DNA of 35,090 nt. Source: a virus (taxonomy: Duplodnaviria; Heunggongvirae; Uroviricota; Caudoviricetes). Made by a program: the position numbers and the translations under genes. The notes below the pieces were generated by a model. It did not search any database. It was not told where the DNA came from and saw only the letters and a program-made list of their open reading frames with translations. The DNA lies in the IMG/VR virus record IMGVR_UViG_2671180963_000003. One strand, written 5' to 3'. Positions 1 to 6,642 of this stretch are shown piece after piece. Each line of letters starts with the position of its first letter. Positions within the stretch are counted from its first letter, which is position 1.

Positions 1-94
1 AACGCGTTATAAATAAATGTATGAAGGGTGTTGAACGGGTCAACGCCTACGGGGGAGAACATCCCCCGCTTAACTTTTAAGAGGATATAAAACT

Positions 95-379
95 ATGGCT
101 ACTTTTATTACCTATGCTGTCATCATTACTATTCTGGCTGCTATCTCTGCTTATAAACTCGGAACCGAACCGAAAGAACGAGGCGAATTATTCTTAGGTG
201 CGTTTGTTGCATTTGCTAGCCTTGCGTTAATTGTCGAAGGAATTTCTTATATTGTTGGCCTAGTTAGTATGACACTTTTTAACTTCCATCCAACTATTGC
301 TATGCATTTGATGATGACCGTACTCTGGGTATATTGCTTAATCGAATTTTTAACGTTTGTTTTCAAACAGACTAAATAA
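95..379 (+). CDS. small integral membrane protein, function unknown
   Basis: 94 aa ORF with GAGGA Shine-Dalgarno about 8 nt upstream of the ATG; three hydrophobic stretches consistent with transmembrane helices; it is the only plus-strand gene in the left arm. Confidence 0.45.
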   Translation: MATFITYAVIITILAAISAYKLGTEPKERGELFLGAFVAFASLALIVEGISYIVGLVSMTLFNFHPTIAMHLMMTVLWVYCLIEFLTFVFKQTK

Positions 380-537
380 TAGTGTAATCTGCCTTTTCTC
401 CTTATGGTTATTAACAGGGGATCTTCTTTGAGGATTCCCGATTAAAAGCCATAAAACACACTCCAGTACAGTGTTTTCATAGTCAGTGATCTATACAACA
501 TAAAAACATAACAAGTATAGATTGAGTGTTAATCCTC

Positions 538-564
538 CCGCCCCTTCGGGGCGGTTATTTTTCT
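538..564 (+). terminator. rho-independent terminator (6 bp GC stem, CTTCG loop, T-rich tail)
   Basis: CCGCCC-cttcg-GGGCGG followed by TTATTTTTCT, read directly from the sequence. Confidence 0.5.
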
Positions 565-639
565 GGCTTTAAAGAATAATGTAGCATTATGTTCATTATA
601 ACCTCATCTTTGTTGTGCAAACCTAACCTAAACTTACTA

Positions 640-663
640 GGGACTCTTCGGAGTCCCTTTTTT
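640..663 (+). terminator. rho-independent terminator (7 bp stem, UUCG tetraloop, T6)
   Basis: GGGACTC-ttcg-GAGTCCC followed by TTTTTT; lies 7 nt from the 3' end of the minus-strand gene 670..1011, so it may act in both directions. Confidence 0.55.
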
Positions 664-669
664 ATTGTC

Positions 670-1011
670 TTAAGCAACAAGACGCAATCCTTTGTTTTTC
701 ATCTTCTGTATTTTCTTTTCTTTAACGGACTTTTCTCTATACCCTTTCAATTCTTCAAGTAGTTTAATCTGTTCCCTCAATGATTTCTTGTAGTCTTCTT
801 GCATGGCTTTAAATCCTTCACCAAGTTTCACGTAATTATCATGTAAGGATTTGTACTTTTCCATTAGCTCATTGCATTCTTTCTCTTTAATCGAAAGTTT
901 AATGGTCAAAAATTCACACTCAGCATTAGTCTGTTTTAGCGTTTCAGAAAGAATCATGTTTTTCTCTTTCAGAGTTTTACGGGACAGTGCTTTTTCGTTT
1001 AAAGTTGCCAT
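670..1011 (-). CDS. coiled-coil protein, function unknown
   Basis: 113 aa ORF, K/E-rich heptad-like sequence, GGAG Shine-Dalgarno upstream on the minus strand; follows the 320 aa gene in the same orientation. Confidence 0.5.
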   Translation of the reverse strand: MATLNEKALSRKTLKEKNMILSETLKQTNAECEFLTIKLSIKEKECNELMEKYKSLHDNYVKLGEGFKAMQEDYKKSLREQIKLLEELKGYREKSVKEKKIQKMKNKGLRLVA

Positions 1012-1037
1012 AGTAGGGTCTCCAATTAAATTAAAAA

Positions 1038-2000
1038 TTAAGCTGCTTTGCGAACGTCGAACACATTTTCGAACGCATCAAAAACTTTAACTGTCATTAA
1101 ATCGATGAATTGAACGGAAGAACCATTTTTCTTAATCAGGTATTTGTTCCATTCTGCAACGTCTGCAACAGTACGCTTTTCGTTAAGCAGAATCCAAAGA
1201 GCTTGTTTGTCTTTAGATTCAACCGCTTGAGTAAAGAAGTCTTTAGATTCAACTTCCCGATCTGCTTCAACAGCAACCGGAGCAACTTCTTTAGCTTTCA
1301 GTTCTTCAATCTCAGCTTTCTGTGCTTCGATGATCTGGTCTTTTTCTTTCAGTGCAGCTTTCAGTTCTGCGATCTGTGCTTCCAGTGCAGAGAAACGATC
1401 TTCAACAGCAACCGGAGAAACAGCATTAACCTGTGCTTCCAGTTCTACGAAAGCGTCGCAAGATTCAATACGTGCTTTTTCTTCACCTTCATATGCAACC
1501 AGTTCTACTACTTCTTTCTCAGTAGCGTGGCTGTTAAAGAATACAGCAAAGTAAGGATTGCCGGATTTGGTGAAGTTCAGTTTAGCTTTTCCGGTAACTT
1601 CTTTACGACGACCAAAGGTAATGTTGCAATCAGCGGTATCCTGAAAATCCATGTTAGGAGCGGAAACGATAGCAGTATCACCAGCAATCACTAGGTGGAA
1701 CAGTTCAGAAGAGTTCTTAACGGTGAAAGTAACGATGTGGTCTACTGCAACGTCTTTAGCAGGTTTAACGCGGTCGATTGCTTTACGAATGCCGTTAGGC
1801 AGTTTACCGTCAACACCAAAGCCAGCCGCGATCAGTGCTTCACGATGTGCTTTAAAGCCAGCGAAAGCGGATTTCTGCTGCGCAAAGGAAACATGAGCAA
1901 CAACTTTCGGCTGAATCTTCTTGTTTGCTTCGGTGCCAAATTTGATAACTGCTTTAGCGTTGGTTACTTCGTTAGTGAAAAAGTTAGCGGAAAATAACAT
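1038..2000 (-). CDS. hypothetical protein with a central coiled-coil segment, function unknown
   Basis: 320 aa ORF, AGGAG Shine-Dalgarno upstream on the minus strand; N-terminal domain, central A/E/K-rich coiled coil (AQIAELKAALKEKDQIIEAQKAEIEELKAKE), C-terminal domain; no family recognised by eye. Confidence 0.55.
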   Translation of the reverse strand: MLFSANFFTNEVTNAKAVIKFGTEANKKIQPKVVAHVSFAQQKSAFAGFKAHREALIAAGFGVDGKLPNGIRKAIDRVKPAKDVAVDHIVTFTVKNSSELFHLVIAGDTAIVSAPNMDFQDTADCNITFGRRKEVTGKAKLNFTKSGNPYFAVFFNSHATEKEVVELVAYEGEEKARIESCDAFVELEAQVNAVSPVAVEDRFSALEAQIAELKAALKEKDQIIEAQKAEIEELKAKEVAPVAVEADREVESKDFFTQAVESKDKQALWILLNEKRTVADVAEWNKYLIKKNGSSVQFIDLMTVKVFDAFENVFDVRKAA

Positions 2001-2044
2001 TATAAATACTCCTGTGGAAAGTTAGTTTTAATTGTTCATTTCAA

Positions 2045-2082
2045 GCCTCCCTTGTTGCAGCAAAGGAGGCTTTTTCTTTTTT
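2045..2082 (+). terminator. hairpin followed by T-run (terminator-like, plus-strand polarity)
   Basis: GCCTCC...GGAGGC imperfect long hairpin followed by TTTTTCTTTTTT; it sits in the 5' leader region of the minus-strand 320 aa gene, so its role is ambiguous. Confidence 0.3.
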
Positions 2083-2114
2083 AAAGCCATCATATAATTC
2101 TCAGTGAAAGTGGA

Positions 2115-2294
2115 TTAACAAACTTGAACGTTAATCTTTACCTGAATTTCGTATTTCTTCATTAGCTTGTAGAATCCGCTTCTATCAATTCCTTCCTTCT
2201 TAAAGAAGTTTTCCCCGCCTCGCTCAGTGTCGCTGTAAAAGCGTTTAGCAATATCAACAATCATTTCACGAGTGAACTTAACAGGTCTAGCCAT
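2115..2294 (-). CDS. small HTH DNA-binding protein (paralog of 5690..5917)
   Basis: ATG at 2294 with GAGGA 9 nt upstream; the ORF track began at an upstream GTG. Motif RPVKF...DIAKRFY...GIDRSGFYKLMKKY aligns with the 76 aa protein RPARF...DIAYAYY...GISIAQFYKNMKKL. Confidence 0.5.
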   Translation of the reverse strand: MARPVKFTREMIVDIAKRFYSDTERGGENFFKKEGIDRSGFYKLMKKYEIQVKINVQVC

Positions 2295-2395
2295 CAGTCG
2301 ATTCCTCACATGTGGATTAATAATTTCTTAAAAAGAGCATTTCGCTCTGAACACTTGTATTTATAAAATGATTTTCAGAAAACCCTGTAAAACCA

Positions 2396-2411
2396 CTGTA
2401 TATCCGATCAG
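2396..2411. promoter_or_regulatory. LexA (SOS) box-like site CTGT-N8-TCAG
   Basis: CTGTATATCCGATCAG; matches the CTGT-N8-ACAG consensus with one mismatch; abuts a candidate leftward promoter. Confidence 0.35.
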
Positions 2412-2480
2412 TGGGAGCACGAATTGCTAAAGAGAAGATTAATTATTAATCAATTCGTACAATATTCAACCGAAAAAGCA

Positions 2481-2496
2481 CTGTATATCTAACCAG
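2481..2496. promoter_or_regulatory. LexA (SOS) box-like site CTGT-N8-CCAG
   Basis: CTGTATATCTAACCAG; the first 12 nt are nearly identical to the site at 2396. Confidence 0.35.
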
Positions 2497-2498
2497 TG

Positions 2499-2514
2499 CT
2501 GTATGAATTAGCAG
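2499..2514. promoter_or_regulatory. LexA box-like site CTGT-N8-GCAG
   Basis: CTGTATGAATTAGCAG, immediately adjacent to the previous site. Confidence 0.25.
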
Positions 2515-2635
2515 TGAATCAGGAGATTTTCAGAAGTGAACAATCATTTCACACATGTATTTATAACGTGGAAATTCTTGCTTATCATCTATATGGGGAC
2601 TGTTTAGAAAATTTCAACCCCCACCAGTGAGAAAA

Positions 2636-2664
2636 AGTATAAAATAATCCTTGACAGTTGTCAA
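2636..2664 (-). promoter_or_regulatory. sigma70-like leftward promoter (TTGACA-17-TATACT)
   Basis: On the minus strand, TTGACA (2664..2659), a 17 nt spacer, TATACT (2641..2636); the -35 is one half of the palindrome TTGACAgtTGTCAA (2651..2664). Confidence 0.5.
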
Positions 2665-2859
2665 TACACTTGACCCAAGCGAGAAATGACTATCAAAATT
2701 TTTGTTTGAAAATGGTAGATCAGGATTATCAACCTTTATAACCTATTATAGCACGGAGACCTTTTGACAATTCTTTTTAAATCATTAACTTACGCCACTT
2801 TTTGGTGATTTTTTGATTAAATAATATACAAGAATTTTCTATCAAAATATTTGATGGGA

Positions 2860-3056
2860 ATTGCCCCTGAAATTCTGAATTTTTGCCCCCGAATAAAATC
2901 CCCAAGATTCTACTATCCCATTTTTGCCCCTGAAACCTACTATTTTTGCCCCTGAAATTCTGGGAAACAGTGATTTTGCCCCTCATTTTTGCCCCTGAAA
3001 TGCCAATAATTGCCCCTGAAAATCTAATTTTTGCCCCTGAAATTTGCCCCCGAAAA
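2860..3056 (+). repeat. array of about 9 direct repeats of TTGCCCCTGAAA (variants TTGCCCCCGAA) plus one inverted copy near 3100
   Basis: Copies start near 2860, 2883, 2924, 2946, 2977 (truncated), 2988, 3010, 3031 and 3045; GGGGCAAAA in inverted orientation at about 3100; an AT-rich segment precedes the array at 2800-2858. Confidence 0.8.
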
Positions 3057-3459
3057 GGATTGGTGAGAAAAACTCTTTATAAAACATTAAATTAGTGAGG
3101 GGCAAAAGCGGGTGATGCGGCGTACATAGATATTATATAACACATTCGCTACGCTCATGTGTAAAACTAAAAACAACAAATAACCAGAAAGATATTAGGA
3201 GGGCTTTAGCCCGACTGCGCGAAGCGCCAACCAATTGCTTCTAGTAACAACTAATTTAAACTAGATGATACTAGATGGTCTTAGAAGGAATTAACTAGTT
3301 TGCTCGCTCGCTTCGCTCACTCTCAAACGTCTGCGACGCCACTGCGTGGCATCGAGAATCACTTCTGAAAGGATTTTCTCGAAAGGGATTTTAAACTAGT
3401 TACTAACTGATTCTAGAAAGATAGTAATAATCACTTTAATGATCATGAAAGGTATTGGT

Positions 3460-3488
3460 ATCCCTTCGGGATTGCAACCTTCGGTTGC
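3460..3488 (+). other. two tandem short hairpins with CTTCG loops (possible RNA structure or weak terminators)
   Basis: ATCCcttcgGGAT and GCAACcttcgGTTGC in tandem, followed by a T-rich tract. Confidence 0.3.
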
Positions 3489-3686
3489 TAAATTGCTTCC
3501 TGATTATTATTTCTCCAAAAGAAAGATTCTTATATTCTAAAGATACTTCTTCGTTTTGACGATGATTTAATCAAAAATCATGAAGGAGGCGAAGCCGACT
3601 GAATCCAATCACCTTTCATAATAACAAGAATTTTCTCTTTATAAATAATATTAGATTGATTCACTTTCTTTTTAGAGGATACCACT

Positions 3687-4127
3687 ATGATCAATACTAA
3701 AACTCCTTTCGTACTTCTGGGTCTGGACTCTGAAAACTACGGCAACTTCCATATGCTAGAAGTTTTCGCTAATCGTGGTTATAACATCATTCGTCATTCC
3801 GAAGACTCCAACTACTCAACTGCTTTCTACGCTTTAAAACGAAATGGTCGTCCTACTGTGATCATCGACTGTCTTACTGATGAAGGTCGTCTTCAATACA
3901 ACGATATTCCAGCAATTATTGTTCGTGATGACCTGCCGTTTGATGTTCGTGAATACGACGTTGATTTAGGCTCTTACTATGGGATCGCCGATCTTGACCA
4001 GATTATGGCTGATTACGGTAAAGAAACCGCTCAGGAAGCCCCGGAAGATGACGAAGACTACGCTCCAATCTGTTTCTCTTCTCAGAATGGCTTCTACGGT
4101 TACGATGAAGGCTTAGATATGCTGTAA
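3687..4127 (+). CDS. strongly acidic early protein, function unknown (possible DNA-mimic/anti-restriction candidate)
   Basis: 146 aa ORF, AGAGGA Shine-Dalgarno; about 27 Asp/Glu versus about 10 Lys/Arg; first rightward gene after the large control region. Confidence 0.55.
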   Translation: MINTKTPFVLLGLDSENYGNFHMLEVFANRGYNIIRHSEDSNYSTAFYALKRNGRPTVIIDCLTDEGRLQYNDIPAIIVRDDLPFDVREYDVDLGSYYGIADLDQIMADYGKETAQEAPEDDEDYAPICFSSQNGFYGYDEGLDML

Positions 4128-4149
4128 GTTAGGTCAACCCTTTGGCATC

Positions 4150-4169
4150 TTGTCAAGGGGTATTGACAA
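4150..4169. promoter_or_regulatory. palindromic operator-like site TTGTCAA-N6-TTGACAA overlapping a promoter -35
   Basis: Perfect 7 bp inverted repeat with a 6 bp spacer; its right half-site is the -35 of the promoter at 4163-4191. Confidence 0.4.
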
Positions 4170-4191
4170 AATTTTATGACTTTTTTATGAT
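4163..4191 (+). promoter_or_regulatory. sigma70-like rightward promoter (TTGACA-17-TATGAT)
   Basis: TTGACA at 4163-4168, 17 nt spacer, TATGAT at 4186-4191; further TTGACA/TTGACC motifs at 4200 and 4217 suggest tandem promoters. Confidence 0.5.
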
Positions 4192-4247
4192 TATCGCACT
4201 TGACAACTTTGAACCTATTTGACCTAGATTTGTAAAGAGAATGTAAC

Positions 4248-4397
4248 ATGAAAGAATTTACCATCACTAAATCCCTGTATGACTGGACTGTTAAAATCTC
4301 CGGCAAAACCGTTTCTGTAACCCCTAGCCATGTAGAAAATGATTGGGTGTATCCCGTGAAACTATCTCCCGTAGTATGCATGTTCCGTTTGATCTGA
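4248..4397 (+). CDS. small ORF (49 aa), hypothetical
   Basis: ATG at 4248 downstream of the promoter; weak Shine-Dalgarno; absent from the ORF track because of its size; overlaps the next ORF by 22 nt in another frame. Confidence 0.25.
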   Translation: MKEFTITKSLYDWTVKISGKTVSVTPSHVENDWVYPVKLSPVVCMFRLI

Positions 4398-4579
4398 TGT
4401 CCTTAACTGGTATTCATGCAATGCTGGAAGTTCGCGAGCAATTCGAAGCTGGTAATCACAATGCAACTCCAGTTAGCAATCACCTTCTTACTAATGAAGA
4501 ACGTGAAATCATCGAAAACTGGCGTTATGAATATGCGATTCCTTATTATGAAGAAGACCAAGTAGAAATCGATTGGTAA
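4376..4579 (+). CDS. small acidic protein, hypothetical
   Basis: ATG at 4376 in the frame of the 4343..4579 track ORF (which starts at a TTG); no clear Shine-Dalgarno, so it may be translationally coupled or frameshifted to the preceding small ORF. Confidence 0.35.
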   Translation: MHVPFDLMSLTGIHAMLEVREQFEAGNHNATPVSNHLLTNEEREIIENWRYEYAIPYYEEDQVEIDW

Positions 4580-4668
4580 TAAATTTCTATTATAAATAAA
4601 ATTGTTCCGGTGGTGATGCCGGAACTAGGAGGACCAAATCATTAAACCGTTTAAGGGGAATTTTTACT

Positions 4669-5496
4669 ATGAATACTGTTACCGTTATGAATACTGCTAA
4701 AACTGCTTCCGTGTCTCTGGTTGTTGATAACACCAAACCGCTGACCATGTCTTCTCGTCAGATCGCTGAATTTGTTGATAAGCGCCATGATAACGTTGTT
4801 CGCGATATTCGTAAGATGCTGAACGAGTTAGAAAAAGATGTCCTCAAATTTGAGGGCATCTATCTTGACCAATATGGACGCGAGAAAATCGAATATCACT
4901 TAGACGAAGAAATGACTCTGACTCTTGTCACTGGTTACGATGTTAAGCGTCGAATGATCGTTATTCAGGAATGGAAGCGACTGAAAGAAGAAAATGAAAA
5001 ACTGCGTTCTCAGCAAATCAACCCTTACGCAAACATGACTAAGCTCGACTGGATTCGTGAGGCAATGGAATTGGAAGCCGCAAACGAACAACTGATTCAA
5101 GAAAAGAAACAACTGGTTGAATTGCATGTTCGTAAAGCTATCGACACACACAGTCTTAGCCGCTTATTAGGCGAAAAACGAGGCTCTACGACGGTACAAA
5201 TGATTCTGAAAGGTTTATGTGCTGCTGGTGTTCTTGAGCGTCGTCTGGATGCTTCTGGTAAGCCTAAAGGCTATGATCTGCTTCCTCCTGGCTATATGTT
5301 CGCTCGTATGTCGGCACACGGTCAGATCGAGTTCACTGCTGATGCTATCCCGCATCTCGTAAAACTCGGATTGCTTGAAGAAGAAAAGGCCGCAACTTTG
5401 AAATTGCCACAGCCGAACAACTCACGAGCAATCATTAATAACACTGCTTTGCTGATTCGTCAGAATGCTGGCTCTCTGGAAGTCTTCGGACTGTAA
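4669..5496 (+). CDS. Rha-family phage regulatory protein (antirepressor-like)
   Basis: N-terminal motif LTMSSRQIAEFVDKRHDNVVRDIRKM resembles the Rha domain signature as recalled from memory; 275 aa; AAGGGG Shine-Dalgarno. Confidence 0.6.
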   Translation: MNTVTVMNTAKTASVSLVVDNTKPLTMSSRQIAEFVDKRHDNVVRDIRKMLNELEKDVLKFEGIYLDQYGREKIEYHLDEEMTLTLVTGYDVKRRMIVIQEWKRLKEENEKLRSQQINPYANMTKLDWIREAMELEAANEQLIQEKKQLVELHVRKAIDTHSLSRLLGEKRGSTTVQMILKGLCAAGVLERRLDASGKPKGYDLLPPGYMFARMSAHGQIEFTADAIPHLVKLGLLEEEKAATLKLPQPNNSRAIINNTALLIRQNAGSLEVFGL

Positions 5497-5504
5497 TAAT
5501 TTTT

Positions 5505-5529
5505 GCCCCTGAATTTCAGGGGCTTTTTT
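5505..5529 (+). terminator. rho-independent terminator built from the repeat motif
   Basis: GCCCCTG-aattt-CAGGGGC followed by TTTTTT immediately after the Rha-like gene; the stem contains the same GCCCCTGAA motif as the repeat array. Confidence 0.7.
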
Positions 5530-5689
5530 GTATCTGTAGATGCGCTGAACTTTAAGCGCATCCCTCCAGATTTGGATGCATCTATAGATCAGTCCAGATT
5601 TGGACTCAACTTAGAGATGAGCGCAGTTTTGCGCCGATTGTTTTACATACAAAAAAGCCACTCCGAAGAGTGGCAAAGAGAATCAAAAC

Positions 5690-5917
5690 TCAAAAACCTG
5701 TTGCTTCTACGATCTGACCATCACCGATCTGAACATAGAATTTAATGTCTAACTTCTTCATATTCTTATAGAATTGGGCGATTGAGATCCCATGTTCACT
5801 AAGAATCTGTTCTTTCGCTTCCTTACCACGATCCGCTGTATAATAAGCGTAGGCAATATCAGCCATTTGTTCAGCGTTAAAACGGGCAGGGCGACCGCGA
5901 GTAGCTTTAGTAGTCAT
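5690..5917 (-). CDS. small HTH DNA-binding protein (paralog of 2115..2294)
   Basis: Likely start ATG at 5917 (GGAG 9 nt upstream) rather than the track's GTG at 5950; ends with a Hin/resolvase-like HTH, GISIAQFYKNMKKL. Confidence 0.5.
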   Translation of the reverse strand: MTTKATRGRPARFNAEQMADIAYAYYTADRGKEAKEQILSEHGISIAQFYKNMKKLDIKFYVQIGDGQIVEATGF

Positions 5918-5952
5918 AGTCATTTTCTCCAAATTAAAGTGAATGTTCACCT

Positions 5953-6555
5953 TTATTTAGAGGACTTACATTTTATCGGAAAAAGTTCTCCATCGTCAAC
6001 CGACATAAAGAACTCTGCCTTAATCCCGTACTTCTTCAACCGTGAATAGTATGTACCCCGACTAATATCAACCTTGCGAAGCACTTCAAAGAACCCTTTA
6101 GGATCGTTGTAATAGTGGCTATAACGCACGTTAGCGAGTTCAACGAATAGTTCCCTTGTATCACCATAGCCTTTCTTGAAAGCCTCGTTACGATAGCGTG
6201 TAATTGCGTGATTCAATCTCTTCTGTTTCAACACTTCTCGGATCGGCTTCCACTGCAACCGATAGATAGGACCGTCATCAATGCGATAATAACGCTTGAT
6301 ATCAAAATCAAACCAATCTCGGACTCTCCGAAACTCTGTATGCGATGTTCTATGCTTCTTAAAGAAGTTGTGAACGTCTGTATAACCATTATCACGGTAA
6401 AATTCTATTAAAATCTCTTTCGCTTCCTCACGGCTAAAACCGGATGTTGTGTAATCAGTCTTTAAGTGCTTATGTTTTACTGGCAAACGATATTCATGAT
6501 CGGTACAAGACAAGGCTAATTCTAATTCATCTCTTTGTTGCTGATTAATTAGCAT
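5953..6555 (-). CDS. basic protein with HTH-like segments, function unknown
   Basis: 200 aa, AAGGGGG Shine-Dalgarno; C-terminal [16 protein letters not shown] resembles the HTH of the two small paralogs; antisense to the flanking Rha-like and terminase genes. Confidence 0.55.
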   Translation of the reverse strand: MLINQQQRDELELALSCTDHEYRLPVKHKHLKTDYTTSGFSREEAKEILIEFYRDNGYTDVHNFFKKHRTSHTEFRRVRDWFDFDIKRYYRIDDGPIYRLQWKPIREVLKQKRLNHAITRYRNEAFKKGYGDTRELFVELANVRYSHYYNDPKGFFEVLRKVDISRGTYYSRLKKYGIKAEFFMSVDDGELFPIKCKSSK

Positions 6556-6642
6556 ACAACCCCCTTAAATCTTAATACCCGTATTTATCAAAAAATCAAC
6601 AATTTAATAAATACCTTCATATTTCGTAATGAGGGTAATTAC

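Noticed and set aside
1110-1997. Plus-strand ORFs (74-194 aa) overlapping the minus-strand 320 aa gene
   Set aside because: F/S/C-rich low-complexity translations without a Shine-Dalgarno; antisense shadows of the coiled-coil gene.
2311-2319. DnaA-box-like 9-mer TGTGGATTA
   Set aside because: A single 8-of-9 match with no cluster of boxes; insufficient on its own to call an origin.
2777-2986. 69 aa minus-strand ORF inside the repeat array
   Set aside because: Its sequence (repeated FQGQ and KNS units) is simply the translation of the TTGCCCCTGAAA repeats; no Shine-Dalgarno, so it is treated as an artefact of the repeat.
2860-3056. Possible CRISPR array
   Set aside because: Repeat units are only about 12-14 bp with irregular 8-25 bp gaps and no spacer-like unique segments of 28-40 bp; this does not fit CRISPR architecture.
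380-3686. tRNA or other canonical stable RNA genes in the intergenic regions
   Set aside because: No cloverleaf-compatible segment or GTTCRANYC T-loop motif was found by eye; the hairpins present are better explained as terminators.
5503-6411. Plus-strand ORFs 5503-5745, 5792-6049 and 6208-6411
   Set aside because: They overlap the better-supported minus-strand HTH cassette, and the first begins inside the terminator hairpin; no Shine-Dalgarno.
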